NCBI GenBank assembly: GCA_963734495.1
Contig: CAVTHK010000016.1
Span: forward strand, 128,001-192,000
DNA length: 64,000 nt
Source: an uncultured Spirochaetota bacterium
GTDB taxonomy: Bacteria > Spirochaetota > Spirochaetia > SZUA-6 > CAVTHK01
Direction: 5' to 3'
The position numbers and the translations under genes are program-made. Positions 53,484 to 63,515 of this stretch are shown here, piece after piece. The stretch's first letter is position 1; every line of letters begins with the position of its first letter. The notes under the pieces were generated by a model that made no database searches, was not told where the DNA came from, and was given only the letters and a program-made list of their open reading frames with translations.

Positions 53484-53657
53484 ATGGCGGACGCGGTGAG
53501 GCGGGGCGAGCGGGAAGGGCCCCTCGAGGACTCGGGGCTGGGGACCCGGCGAGCCCCTCGACGAGTCGGGGTCTACGAGACGCCGGAAGGGCCCCTCGAG
53601 GACTCGGGACTTGGGACTTGGCGAGTACGCCAGGTCATAGGAGGAGGCGATGGCTGA
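53484..53657 (+). CDS. putative 57-aa peptide with a duplicated EGPLEDSGLGT motif
   Basis: ATG 3 nt after the rrf2 stop, GGAG upstream, stop overlaps the next gene; 41-nt repeats at 53513 and 53585. Confidence 0.4.
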   Translation: MADAVRRGEREGPLEDSGLGTRRAPRRVGVYETPEGPLEDSGLGTWRVRQVIGGGDG

Positions 53658-53964
53658 AAGCGGGCTCAGCAGGGGCGCCGTGCTGGAAGCGCTGAAGAAC
53701 GTGCTCGACCCGGAGCTGGGCATGAACATCGTGGACCTCGGGCTCGTCTACCGCGTCGAGGTGGGGGACGACAAGGTGGAGGTCGACTTCACCCTGACCT
53801 ATCCCGGCTGCCCGGCGGGCGAGCACATACAAGAGGACATCAAGGCGACCGTGCAGGATTGCGCGGGGACCGAGAACGTGGCGATCAACCTGGTCTGGGA
53901 CCCCCCGTGGAGGCCGGACTTCATGACCGAAGAGGCCCGCGTGAGCCTCGGATACCCGATATAG
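53650..53964 (+). CDS. sufT: SufT/DUF59 metal-sulfur cluster assembly factor
   Basis: DPELGMNIVDLGLVY, TLTYPGCP, WDPPW. Confidence 0.92.
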   Translation: MAESGLSRGAVLEALKNVLDPELGMNIVDLGLVYRVEVGDDKVEVDFTLTYPGCPAGEHIQEDIKATVQDCAGTENVAINLVWDPPWRPDFMTEEARVSLGYPI

Positions 53965-53975
53965 GAGCTGGAGCG

Positions 53976-54776
53976 ATGGCGAGCGTTCTGCAGATCAAGG
54001 ACTTGAAGGCGAGCATCGACGGCAAGCCGATCCTCCAGGGCATCGACCTGGAGATGCGCACCGGCGAGATCCATGCCCTGATGGGACCCAACGGGTCGGG
54101 CAAGAGCACGCTGGCGAACGTTCTGCTCGGCCACCCGTCCTACCAGGTCACCGGCGGCCAGGTGCTCTTCGACGGGGAGAACGTGCTCGAGATGGAGACG
54201 CACGACCGGTCCCGCAAGGGGCTGTTCCTCGCGTTCCAGTACCCGGTGGAGGTCCCCGGCGTGACGGTCGGCAAGTTCCTCAAACGCGTCCTCGAGATCG
54301 GGGGCCAGGAGAAGCGCGAGGCGAAGATGAACGTCTCGGCCTACATCAAGGAGCTGCGCTCGGCCATGGACTTCATGGAGATGGACCAGGCTTTCATCAA
54401 CCGCTACCTGAACCAGGGCTTTTCCGGCGGCGAGAAGAAGCGCATGGAGATCCTGCAGATGCTCATGATGAAGCCGCGCTTCTCGGTGCTCGACGAGACC
54501 GACTCCGGGCTCGACATCGATGCCCTCAAGGTCGTCGCCAGGGGCGTCAACAAGCTGCGCGGCCCGGACTTCGGAGCGCTGATCATCACCCACTACCAGC
54601 GGATTCTGACCCACATCAAACCTGAATACGTGCACATCATGTACAAGGGCCGCATCATCACTTCGGGAGGCGCCGATCTGGTCACCGTTCTAGAGGCGCG
54701 CGGCTACGACTGGGTGCGCGAGCAGTTCGGCATCAAGGAGGAGGAGCTCGATGAGCAGCCAGCAGCAGCTCGTTGA
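53976..54776 (+). CDS. sufC: Fe-S cluster assembly ATPase SufC
   Basis: [35 protein letters not shown]. Confidence 0.97.
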   Translation: MASVLQIKDLKASIDGKPILQGIDLEMRTGEIHALMGPNGSGKSTLANVLLGHPSYQVTGGQVLFDGENVLEMETHDRSRKGLFLAFQYPVEVPGVTVGKFLKRVLEIGGQEKREAKMNVSAYIKELRSAMDFMEMDQAFINRYLNQGFSGGEKKRMEILQMLMMKPRFSVLDETDSGLDIDALKVVARGVNKLRGPDFGALIITHYQRILTHIKPEYVHIMYKGRIITSGGADLVTVLEARGYDWVREQFGIKEEELDEQPAAAR

Positions 54777-56154
54777 CATAGGGGACTACAAGGCGGGGTT
54801 CTCATACCCCGACAAGTCGGTCTTCAAGACCAAGAAAGGGCTCGACGAGAGCGTCGTTAACGCGATCTCCGAGCACAAGGGGGAGCCCGACTGGATGCGG
54901 CAGTTCCGCCTGCGCGCCCTCAAGCACTACCGCAAGAGGGCGATGCCCAACTGGGGCGCCGACCTCTCCAAGCTCGACTTCGAGGACATCTACTACTACG
55001 CCAAGCCGATCGAGAACCAGGAGCGCCGCTGGGAGGACCTGCCCAAGGAGATCCGCGAGACCTACCAGCGCCTCGGCATCCCGGAGGCGGAGCGCAAGTT
55101 CCTTTCGGGCGTCGGCGCCCAGTACGACTCCGAGATGGTCTACCACAACATCCAGGAGGAGCTCACAAAGAAAGGCGTGATCTTTTCCGACCCCGAGACC
55201 GCCGTGCGCGAGCACCCGGACCTGGTCAAGGAATACTTCGGGACGATCATCCCGTACATGGACAACAAGTTCGCGGCGCTCAACAGCGCGGTCTGGTCCG
55301 GCGGCAGCTTTGTCTACATCCCGAAGGGAGTCAGGGTCGACATCCCGCTGCAGGCCTACTTCCGCATCAACAGCCAGAACTTCGGACAGTTCGAGCGGAC
55401 GCTCATCATCGCCGACGAGGGCAGCTTCGTGCACTACATCGAAGGCTGCACGGCGCCGATCTTCACCACCGACTCGCTGCACAGCGCGGTAGTCGAGATC
55501 ATCGCGAAGAAGGGCGCCCGGGTGCGCTACTCGACGATCCAGAACTGGTCCGGCGACGTGTACAACCTGGTGACGAAGCGGGCGGTCGCCTACGAGGACG
55601 CGACCGTCGAGTGGGTCGACGGCAACATCGGGAGCAAGCGCACGATGAAGTACCCCTCCGTCTACATGATGGGCGAGGGGGCGCACGGCGAGATCCTCTC
55701 GATCGCCTTTGCGGGCAAGGGGCAGGAGCAGGACACCGGGGGCAAGGTCGTGCACGTGGCGAGCAACACCAGCTCGGTCATCACCTCCAAGTCCATCAGC
55801 AAGAGCGGCGGCATCGCGAGCTACCGGGGCCTGGTCAAGGTCAACCCGAACCTCAAGAACATCCGCTCCCGGGTCGTCTGCGACGCGCTCATCCTCGACG
55901 GGCAGTCCGGCACCAACACGTTCCCGTACATGGAGATCGACTCCGACGACGTGTCCATGGAGCACGAGGCGCGCGTGAGCCGCATCAGCGAGGACCAGCT
56001 GTTCTACCTGATGAGCCGCGGGATGGACGAGCACGAGGCCTCGGCGATGATCGTCAATGGGTTCCTCGACCCGCTGGTCAAGCAGCTTCCCATGGAATAC
56101 GCGGTCGAGCTGAACCGCCTGATCGAGCTCGAGATGGAAGGCTCGGTCGGGTGA
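54751..56154 (+). CDS. sufB: Fe-S cluster assembly protein SufB
   Basis: [25 protein letters not shown]-terminal EGSVG. Confidence 0.97.
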   Translation: MSSQQQLVDIGDYKAGFSYPDKSVFKTKKGLDESVVNAISEHKGEPDWMRQFRLRALKHYRKRAMPNWGADLSKLDFEDIYYYAKPIENQERRWEDLPKEIRETYQRLGIPEAERKFLSGVGAQYDSEMVYHNIQEELTKKGVIFSDPETAVREHPDLVKEYFGTIIPYMDNKFAALNSAVWSGGSFVYIPKGVRVDIPLQAYFRINSQNFGQFERTLIIADEGSFVHYIEGCTAPIFTTDSLHSAVVEIIAKKGARVRYSTIQNWSGDVYNLVTKRAVAYEDATVEWVDGNIGSKRTMKYPSVYMMGEGAHGEILSIAFAGKGQEQDTGGKVVHVASNTSSVITSKSISKSGGIASYRGLVKVNPNLKNIRSRVVCDALILDGQSGTNTFPYMEIDSDDVSMEHEARVSRISEDQLFYLMSRGMDEHEASAMIVNGFLDPLVKQLPMEYAVELNRLIELEMEGSVG

Positions 56155-56171
56155 GCCGCGAGGGAGCGAGA

Positions 56172-57443
56172 ATGGCAAAAACTAAAGGTGTGCAGCGGGC
56201 CGCTGCCGCGACGCAGGCCTCCGCGGCGGAGCCCGCCTGGCTGGCGGCGCTGCGAGGCAGCGCCGGGCAGCGCTTCGAGACGATGAGCTGGCCTACGCCG
56301 CAGGAAGAGGAGTGGCGACGCACGGACGTCACGACGCTGGATTTCTCGTCCTACCGGCTGGCTGTTCCGGCTGCGGCCGAGGTGGCGGCGGCCGCGGTTC
56401 CCGAGGGGCTCGCGGGCGTGCTTCGGTTCCGCGGCGGCTCGCTGGCGCAGGCCTCGATCCGGCCCGACCTGGCGGCGAAGGGGGTGCGCTTCGCGAGCCT
56501 GGTGGGGCCGCACAACGGCCTGGCGTCACGGGTGGAGTCGGTGCTGCGCGCGGGCCTGGAGCGCGCGGACAACCGCCTGATCGCGTGGCACTACCAGCGC
56601 ATCACCCACGGCGCTCTGCTCGAGGTGCCGCAGTTCCTCGAGATCGCCGAGCCTTTCCTCGTGGAGTTCGAGGAGGCCGGCGAAGGCGCCCTGACCATGC
56701 CCCACGTCACCGTGATCCTGGAAAGCGGAGCCCGGGCGGTCGTCGCGACCCGCATCGTGTCCGGCGCGGCGGACCGGCTGCTCTGCAACGCGGCGCTGGA
56801 GGTGGTGGTCGGCGACGCGGCGAAGCTCCAGTACTTCGAGGAGCAGGGGCTCAGCGCGAGCTCGACGTTCTTCAGCAACGGGGTCGCTTCGGTCGGCCGC
56901 GACGCGGAGCTGCTCCACTTCGCGGCCTCCCTGGGAGGAAAGCTCGCCAAGACGCGGCTCGACTGCACCATGGCCGGCCAGGGCGGGACGGTGAACCTGA
57001 ACGGGGTTTACTTCGCTGCGGGCAGGCAGCACATGGACCTGCGCACGGTGCAGCATCACAAGGCGGGCAGCTCGTACAGCCGCTCGTTCTACAAGGGCGC
57101 GGTCAGGGACGAGGGGCGGACGGTCTACCAGGGCTTGATCGAGGTCATGCCGACCGCGCCCAAGACCGACGCGTACCTGACCAACCGCAACCTGATCCTG
57201 AACGACGGGGCGCGGGCGGACTCGATCCCCGGCCTGCGCATCAACCAGGACGACGTGCGCTGCAGCCACGGGTCGACGACGGGCCGGATCGATCCGGCAC
57301 AGCTGTTCTACCTCGCCACACGCGGGCTCTCGCCGCGCGAGGCCGCGCAGGTGCTCGTCGTCGCCTACTTCCAGGAGCTCGTCGACCAGATGCCGGAGTT
57401 CATGCGGGAGCCGATCCTGCGCGAGCTCGAAGCGCGCGCGTAG
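56172..57443 (+). CDS. sufD: Fe-S cluster assembly protein SufD
   Basis: EEWRRTD, DDVRCSHGST, LFYLATRG. Confidence 0.95.
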   Translation: MAKTKGVQRAAAATQASAAEPAWLAALRGSAGQRFETMSWPTPQEEEWRRTDVTTLDFSSYRLAVPAAAEVAAAAVPEGLAGVLRFRGGSLAQASIRPDLAAKGVRFASLVGPHNGLASRVESVLRAGLERADNRLIAWHYQRITHGALLEVPQFLEIAEPFLVEFEEAGEGALTMPHVTVILESGARAVVATRIVSGAADRLLCNAALEVVVGDAAKLQYFEEQGLSASSTFFSNGVASVGRDAELLHFAASLGGKLAKTRLDCTMAGQGGTVNLNGVYFAAGRQHMDLRTVQHHKAGSSYSRSFYKGAVRDEGRTVYQGLIEVMPTAPKTDAYLTNRNLILNDGARADSIPGLRINQDDVRCSHGSTTGRIDPAQLFYLATRGLSPREAAQVLVVAYFQELVDQMPEFMREPILRELEARA

Positions 57444-57452
57444 GGGCGCGCC

Positions 57453-57803
57453 GTGGCGGCATGGAAACGAGTCGCGGATGAGTCCGCGCTCGCCGACGTC
57501 GAGGTCATCGGGGTGATCTGCGAGGGAAAGCGCGTCGCGTTGTTCAAGCTCGAGGACGCCGTCTACGCGATGGATGACGTATGCTCGCACGAGTACTCGC
57601 TGCTCTCGCAGGGCGAGGTCTGGCAGGGCGAAGTGTCTTGCGCCAAGCACGGGTCCCGGTTTAACATCCGCACCGGCGCGGTGCGCGGGCTTCCGGCCAC
57701 CCTGCCCGTGAAGACGTACCCCGTGCGAGTCGAAAACGGCGCAATTTACGTGGATCTGGATGGATCACATGGTGACGACAAAGCAGGCGCCGCGGGTCGG
57801 TGA
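57453..57803 (+). CDS. Rieske-type ferredoxin
   Basis: CSH and CAKHGSRF [2Fe-2S] ligands. Confidence 0.92.
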   Translation: MAAWKRVADESALADVEVIGVICEGKRVALFKLEDAVYAMDDVCSHEYSLLSQGEVWQGEVSCAKHGSRFNIRTGAVRGLPATLPVKTYPVRVENGAIYVDLDGSHGDDKAGAAGR

Positions 57804-59031
57804 GAGGCTCGTATCGGACATCCGCCGGGAGTTCCCGCTCCTGGCCCGCCGTTTCCACGGGAAGCCGCTGGTCTATCTCGACAACGCGGCGACCACGCAG
57901 AAGCCGGCGGCCGTCCTGGACGCGATGCGTGCCTACTACGAGCGCGGCAACGCCAACGTGCACCGCGCGCTCTACGCGCTGGCCGAGGAGGCCACCGCGG
58001 CGTACGAGGAGGCGAGGCGCAAAGTCCAGCGTTTCCTCGGAGCGCGCAGCCCCCGCGAGATCGTCTTTACCCGGGGAACCACCGAAGCGATCAACCTGGT
58101 GGCGCAGAGCTGGGGCCGGGCCCACCTCGGCCCCGGCGACGAGATCCTGCTCTCCGAGATGGAGCACCACAGCAACCTCGTCCCGTGGCAGCTCATCGCC
58201 GCCGAAAAAGGCGCCACGCTCCGCTTTATCCCGTTCGACGGCAGAGGCGTGCTGGAGCTCGATCGGCTCGAAGAGCTCTTTAGCGAGCGCACGCGCCTGG
58301 TGGCGCTCGTCCACATGTCCAACGTCCTCGGCACGATCAACGACGTGGAGCGGGTGATCCGGTTCGCCCACGAGCGGGACGTGCCCGTGCTGGTCGATGC
58401 GGCCCAGAGCGTCCCCAACATGCCGATCGACGTGCAGGCGCTCGACTGCGACTTCCTCGCCTTTTCGGGCCACAAGATGTGCGCGCCCATGGGCATCGGC
58501 GCCCTCTACGGCCGCGAGCGGCTGCTCGAGGAGATGCCGCCGTGGATGGGGGGCGGCGAGATGATCGCCGCGGTCTGGCTCGATCACGCGACCTGGAACG
58601 AGCTGCCCTACAAGTTCGAGGCCGGCACGCCCAACGTCGGCGGCGCTGTCGCGCTCGGGGCCGCCATCGACACCCTGAACGGCCTCGGCCTCGCCAACAT
58701 CCGCGCCTACGAAGAGGGGCTCGCGGAGCAGGCCCTCGAAGCCCTTCGCACGGTCCCGGACCTGCGCGTTTACGGGGAGTCGCCGGCGCGCGGCGCCGTG
58801 ATCTCGTTCACTCTCGGCGACATCCATGCGCACGACGTGGCGCAGTTCCTCGACCGCGATGGCGTGGCCATCCGCGCGGGCCACCATTGCGCGAACCCGA
58901 TCATGCGCAAGCTCGGGATCCCGGCCACCGGGCGGGCCAGCTTCTATCTCTACAACACGCCGGACGAGGCGCTCGCGCTTGCAGCGAGCCTGAGCAGGGC
59001 GCGGGAGTTCTTCCACCATGGCGTTCGATGA
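57769..59031 (+). CDS. sufS: cysteine desulfurase SufS
   Basis: YLDNAATTQKP, FSGHKM, RAGHHCA. Confidence 0.97.
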   Translation: MVTTKQAPRVGERLVSDIRREFPLLARRFHGKPLVYLDNAATTQKPAAVLDAMRAYYERGNANVHRALYALAEEATAAYEEARRKVQRFLGARSPREIVFTRGTTEAINLVAQSWGRAHLGPGDEILLSEMEHHSNLVPWQLIAAEKGATLRFIPFDGRGVLELDRLEELFSERTRLVALVHMSNVLGTINDVERVIRFAHERDVPVLVDAAQSVPNMPIDVQALDCDFLAFSGHKMCAPMGIGALYGRERLLEEMPPWMGGGEMIAAVWLDHATWNELPYKFEAGTPNVGGAVALGAAIDTLNGLGLANIRAYEEGLAEQALEALRTVPDLRVYGESPARGAVISFTLGDIHAHDVAQFLDRDGVAIRAGHHCANPIMRKLGIPATGRASFYLYNTPDEALALAASLSRAREFFHHGVR

Positions 59032-59452
59032 TCTCTACCAGGAGATCATCCTGGATCACTACCGCAACCCCCGCAACGCAGCGAAGCTGGACCAGGTGCC
59101 GGACACGGCGGTGCACGAGAACCCGACGTGCGGGGACTCCCTCAAGCTCGTGGCGCGCGTGAACGCGGACGGGATCGTCGAGGAGATCCTCTTCGACGGC
59201 AAGGGGTGCGCGATCAGCATGGCTTCGGCCTCCATCATGACGGAAGAGCTCAAAGGAAGGCCGATCGCCGAGGCCCGCGAGCGTGTCCGGGAGTTCCTCG
59301 GTATCATGCGGGGCGAAGGCGACCCGGCGCTGCTCGACGAGCGGGGCGATCTCGCCTGCCTCAAAGGGGTCATCAGCTACCCGGTGCGCGTCAAGTGCGC
59401 CACGCTCGCCTGGCACGCCCTCGAAGGCGCGCTCGACAAGACGAAGACCTGA
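59018..59452 (+). CDS. sufU: SUF system NifU-like protein SufU
   Basis: NPTCGD, GCAISMASAS, RVKCATLAW. Confidence 0.95.
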   Translation: MAFDDLYQEIILDHYRNPRNAAKLDQVPDTAVHENPTCGDSLKLVARVNADGIVEEILFDGKGCAISMASASIMTEELKGRPIAEARERVREFLGIMRGEGDPALLDERGDLACLKGVISYPVRVKCATLAWHALEGALDKTKT

Positions 59453-59616
59453 ACGCGCCTCGGCTCGGGCGGTCGCCTCGCCCGGCGCCTCGCCGGGTCT
59501 GAGCCCGGCCGGCGGCGTTTCCTGTTGCCCCTTGCTCGCACCCGTCAGTATGCTCACCGTAACGGCCGCGTCGCGGCGCGCCGGATGCGCCGGACGCGAC
59601 CGAGGAAAAAAGCCGG

Positions 59617-60753
59617 ATGGTTGTTGCGATCCCCCGGGAGCAGAACCCCGAAGAAACGCGCGTGGCGGCGACGCCTCAGTCGGTCGAGAGGCTCGTCAGG
59701 CTCGGCGCCAGCGTCGTCGTGGAGAAAGGGGCAGGCGCTCGTTCGCTCCAGCCCGACGGGGCCTACGAGAAGGCCGGCGCTGCGGTGAGCGACGACCGGC
59801 TGCAGATGCTCTCATCCGCGGACATAGTGCTGCGGGTGGAAAGCCCGCCGCCGCAGGAAACAGGCATCCTCGCCGACCGCTGCTTCCACGTGAGCCACCT
59901 CAACCCGTTCACCGAGAAGGCGCTCGTGCTTGCGTTGGCCGAGCGCGGAGCGCGCGCCGTCAGCATGGAGATGCTTCCGCGCTCGACGCGGGCGCAGAAG
60001 ATGGACGCCCTCAGCTCGCAGGCATCGCTCGCCGGGTACGTGGCCGCCGTGCTCGCGGCCGAGCGGCTGAGGCAGGTCCTGCCGATGATGGTGACGCCTG
60101 CGGGCACGCTTTCGCCCGCCAGGTTCTTCGTGATCGGGGCGGGGGTGGCCGGACTCCAGGCGATCGCCACCGCGAAGCGCCTGGGCGCGGTCGTGGATGC
60201 CTTTGACACCCGACCCGAAGTGGAAGAGCAGGTCCGGTCGCTGGGCGCGCGGTTCGTCAAGGCCGACCTCGGGGAGACCGGGCAGACCAAGGACGGCTAC
60301 GCGAAGGAGCTCACGACCGCGCAGCTCGCGGCGCAGCGGGAGGCGATGGCGCGCACGTGCGCGGGCGCGGACGCCGTCATCACGACCGCGCAGGTGTTCG
60401 GCCGCAGCGCGCCGCGCATCGTCACCGCGGAGATGGTGGCCGCTATGAAGTCGGGAAGCGTGATCGTCGACATGGCTGTCGAGAGCGGCGGCAACGTGGA
60501 GGGCTCCGTCGTCGGCGGCGAGACCGTGGCGGGTGGCGTCCGCATTCTCGGCTATCCGAGCCTGGCGCGCCGGGTGCCGGTGCACGCGAGCCAGATGTAC
60601 GCGGCGAACCTCGCGAGCCTTCTGGAGGAGTTCTGGGACAGGGGGACAAAGCAGCTCGCGCCCCGTCGCGACGACGAGATCCTGTCCGCCTGCCTGCTCA
60701 CCGAGGGCGGCATCGTCGTCAACGCCCGCATCAAGGAGGCCTACCGCACATGA
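59617..60753 (+). CDS. pntA: NAD(P) transhydrogenase subunit alpha, domain I
   Basis: ETRVAATP, RAQKMDALSSQ, GAGVAGLQA, GGNVE. Confidence 0.95.
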   Translation: MVVAIPREQNPEETRVAATPQSVERLVRLGASVVVEKGAGARSLQPDGAYEKAGAAVSDDRLQMLSSADIVLRVESPPPQETGILADRCFHVSHLNPFTEKALVLALAERGARAVSMEMLPRSTRAQKMDALSSQASLAGYVAAVLAAERLRQVLPMMVTPAGTLSPARFFVIGAGVAGLQAIATAKRLGAVVDAFDTRPEVEEQVRSLGARFVKADLGETGQTKDGYAKELTTAQLAAQREAMARTCAGADAVITTAQVFGRSAPRIVTAEMVAAMKSGSVIVDMAVESGGNVEGSVVGGETVAGGVRILGYPSLARRVPVHASQMYAANLASLLEEFWDRGTKQLAPRRDDEILSACLLTEGGIVVNARIKEAYRT

Positions 60754-61043
60754 CCGATACGGCCGTTTACCTGACCTTCATTCTGGTGCTCTCGATCTTC
60801 CTGGGGTTCGAGGTGATCTCCAAGGTCCCCTCGACGCTGCATACGCCGCTGATGAGCGGCTCCAACGCGATCTCCGGCATCACGGTGATCGGGGCGATCA
60901 CAGCCGCGGGCAGCGGGTCGGAGCGCTGGATCGTGATCGTGCTCGGGGTGCTGGCCGTGGCCGCGGCGATGATCAACGTCGTGGGCGGCTACCTCGTCAC
61001 CGACCGTATGCTCGCGATGTTCCGCAGGAAGGACAAGAGGTAG
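60750..61043 (+). CDS. NAD(P) transhydrogenase subunit alpha, part 2 (membrane)
   Basis: LHTPLMSGSNAISG, VTDRMLAMF. Confidence 0.95.
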   Translation: MTDTAVYLTFILVLSIFLGFEVISKVPSTLHTPLMSGSNAISGITVIGAITAAGSGSERWIVIVLGVLAVAAAMINVVGGYLVTDRMLAMFRRKDKR

Positions 61044-61045
61044 GC

Positions 61046-62428
61046 GTGGCCCTGCTCATCAACCTCGCCTACGTCGTCGCCGCGGTCCTGTTCGTCTTCG
61101 GCCTGAAGATGATGAGCTCGCCGCGATCGGCGCGCGCAGGCAACCTGCTGTCCGCCGTCGGCATGCTCATCGCGGTGGTCGTGACGCTGCTCGACCGCAA
61201 CATCATCGACTTCAAGGAGATCGCCTTGGGGCTCGCGATCGGTACCGCGGTGGGCTGGATCTGGGCGCGCGCCGTGGCCATGACGCAGATGCCGGAGATG
61301 GTGGCGATCTTCAACGGGTTCGGCGGCCTCGCCAGCCTCATGGTCGGCTGGATCGTCTACGCGCTCAACCCGGCCCTGGGGCTGTACCAGGCCGTCACCG
61401 TCCTGCTCTCGGTGCTGATCGGGGGCGTCACGTTTTCCGGGAGCGTCCTCGCCTTCGCCAAGCTCAACGGCATGGTGCCGGGCAAGCCCATCGTCTACCG
61501 CGGACAGCACATCGTGAACGCGATCGTCCTTGGCGGGAGCGTCGCGCTGAGCGTCGCCTTCGCCCTCGACCCCGCGGCCGGGGAGGCGTGGTTTCTGGCG
61601 GTCGTGGTGCTCTCGCTGGTCTTCGGCGTGCTCTCCGTGATCCCGATCGGCGGCGCCGACATGCCGGTCGTGATCTCGCTCCTCAACAGCTACTCCGGCC
61701 TCGCCGGGTGCGCCGCGGGGTTCGTGCTCCTCAACAACCTGCTGATTGTCGCGGGAGCCCTGGTCGGCGCGAGCGGCATCATCCTGACCAACGTCATGTG
61801 CAAGGCGATGAACCGCTCGCTCGGCAACGTTCTGTTCAGCGGGTTCGGAGCCGTCCACCGGACCGCGGCCGCCGCGGGCACGGACGGCGGCGAGGTGCGG
61901 CCCATCAGCGCGAAGGACGCGTACCTCGTGCTCGAGGCGGCGCGGTCGGTGGTCTTCGTCCCCGGCTACGGCCTGGCCGTGGCGCAGGCGCAGCACGCGG
62001 TCCGCGAGCTCGCCCGCGCGCTCGAAGGCAACGGCGCGGAGGTCCGATACGCGATCCACCCCGTGGCCGGCCGGATGCCCGGCCATATGAACGTGCTCCT
62101 CGCCGAGGCGAACGTGCCCTACGACCAGCTGTTCGAGATGGACGCCATCAACCCGCTGATGCCTTCGGTCGACGTCGCGGTGGTCATCGGCGCCAACGAC
62201 GTCGTGAACCCCGCCGCGCGGGAGGAGCCTTCGAGCCCCCTGTACGGCATGCCCATCATCAACGTCGACCAGGCGCGCGCCGTCTTCGTGCTCAAGCGGT
62301 CGATGAGCCCTGGTTTCGCCGGCGTCGAGAACCCGCTGTTCTACAAGCCGAACACGCGAATGCTCTTCGGGGACGCCAAGGCGAGCGTGCAGACCCTCGT
62401 GGGGGAGTTCAAGGGCGAAGGCAACTGA
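61046..62428 (+). CDS. pntB: NAD(P) transhydrogenase subunit beta
   Basis: GGADMPVVIS, PGYGLAVAQAQH, AGRMPGHMNVLLAEA. Confidence 0.97.
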   Translation: MALLINLAYVVAAVLFVFGLKMMSSPRSARAGNLLSAVGMLIAVVVTLLDRNIIDFKEIALGLAIGTAVGWIWARAVAMTQMPEMVAIFNGFGGLASLMVGWIVYALNPALGLYQAVTVLLSVLIGGVTFSGSVLAFAKLNGMVPGKPIVYRGQHIVNAIVLGGSVALSVAFALDPAAGEAWFLAVVVLSLVFGVLSVIPIGGADMPVVISLLNSYSGLAGCAAGFVLLNNLLIVAGALVGASGIILTNVMCKAMNRSLGNVLFSGFGAVHRTAAAAGTDGGEVRPISAKDAYLVLEAARSVVFVPGYGLAVAQAQHAVRELARALEGNGAEVRYAIHPVAGRMPGHMNVLLAEANVPYDQLFEMDAINPLMPSVDVAVVIGANDVVNPAAREEPSSPLYGMPIINVDQARAVFVLKRSMSPGFAGVENPLFYKPNTRMLFGDAKASVQTLVGEFKGEGN

Positions 62429-62574
62429 GCCGGCGGGGGAGCGGACACCCGGCGGCTCCGCCGCGGCAACGACTGATCTGCGCAGCGGAGACGATGGAGC
62501 CGGCGTCGGCGGCGGATACGGCTTCCGCTACGCGAACGGGCTCTTCGCGCCCCGACCGATTGAGCGAGTGACGT

Positions 62575-62650
62575 ATCGCCGCCCACCGATGCCTTGATCG
62601 TCCCAAACACAGGTCCCACCGTGGCGGCGTGTCGCTGTCTCCGAGCGCCG
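62575..62650 (-). pseudogene. possible IS1182/IS5-like transposase remnant
   Basis: Translates RQRHAATVGPVFGTIKASVG, similar to the R..TVEPVFG.IK motif; very short. Confidence 0.3.
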
Positions 62651-62772
62651 GTATTCTCGGAGACGTTCAGGCAACCTGCGGAAATGCACGCCCCGGGGCC
62701 GTCACATGGGAAAATCCCGGGCCCGTTTCGAAGTGTTTGAAGCAGCATCGGCACACGCAGTCAGGCACAAAG

Positions 62773-63420
62773 TCAAGCGCCGCTCTTCGCCTCATGGGTC
62801 AGGTACGCCTCCAGCATCGTGACCGCCTCGTCCACAAGGCTCGCTCGGGAGATCACGCGCTCGTAGGGGTGAGCGGCGAAACGGTGGGTCAGGCTCTCTA
62901 CGGTCTGGACGACCAGGAAGCCGGCGTGCTCGAGGTGGCGGTGCCGGACCTCCGGATACAGGCGCAACAGGCCCGCGACGCTCCTTGCGGCGCGGCGCTC
63001 GGCCTCGAGCAACGCCTGGTGAACCCTCTCGGGCAACGGCGTCTCTTCAAGCAGTATGTGCTGCAATCGCGGCCGCCCGGAGTGCGCGTCCAGCATCCCC
63101 GTCACGTAGTCGCGCAAAGCCGCACGCAACCCGTGGCGTTCGGCGACCATGTGGCCCACCCACTCGTGAAGCCGGTGGTCGGTTTCCGAGACGTGCCGTT
63201 CCAGCAACGCTACCGCGACGGCTTCCTTGCTCGGGAAGTACTGGTAGAGGGTGCCGACGGACACGCCGGCACGCTCCGCAATGCGGTTGGTCGTGCCTGC
63301 GGCGTAACCGTGTCCCTCGAAAACCTGAGCAGCGGCGACAAGAAGGTCGTCCACGGTAGCCTTGGATCGCTTTTGAACGGGCCTTTTTCTCGGCTCGAGA
63401 CGCCGCTTGTGCGCAGTCAT
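62773..63420 (-). CDS. TetR/AcrR family transcriptional regulator
   Basis: RKRPVQKRS, IAERAGVSVGTLYQYFPSK HTH. Confidence 0.95.
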   Translation of the reverse strand: MTAHKRRLEPRKRPVQKRSKATVDDLLVAAAQVFEGHGYAAGTTNRIAERAGVSVGTLYQYFPSKEAVAVALLERHVSETDHRLHEWVGHMVAERHGLRAALRDYVTGMLDAHSGRPRLQHILLEETPLPERVHQALLEAERRAARSVAGLLRLYPEVRHRHLEHAGFLVVQTVESLTHRFAAHPYERVISRASLVDEAVTMLEAYLTHEAKSGA

Positions 63421-63441
63421 GGGATGCGCTCCTAACACGAG

Positions 63442-63485
63442 TAGACGTAATGTGAGCATTTACTCATAATAGGCGTCAGTGTCAA
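63442..63485. promoter_or_regulatory. overlapping divergent promoters with a candidate TetR operator
   Basis: Plus strand TAGACG-N17-CATAAT; minus strand TTGACA at 63485-63480; imperfect palindrome TGAGCA-TT-TACTCA at 63453-63466. Confidence 0.5.
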
Positions 63486-63515
63486 CCACGGCGACGGTCT
63501 CACTAGGGAGGTAGC

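Noticed and set aside
53513..53625. Mini CRISPR array
   Set aside because: Only two full repeats, the spacer is itself a degenerate repeat copy, and no cas genes are present.
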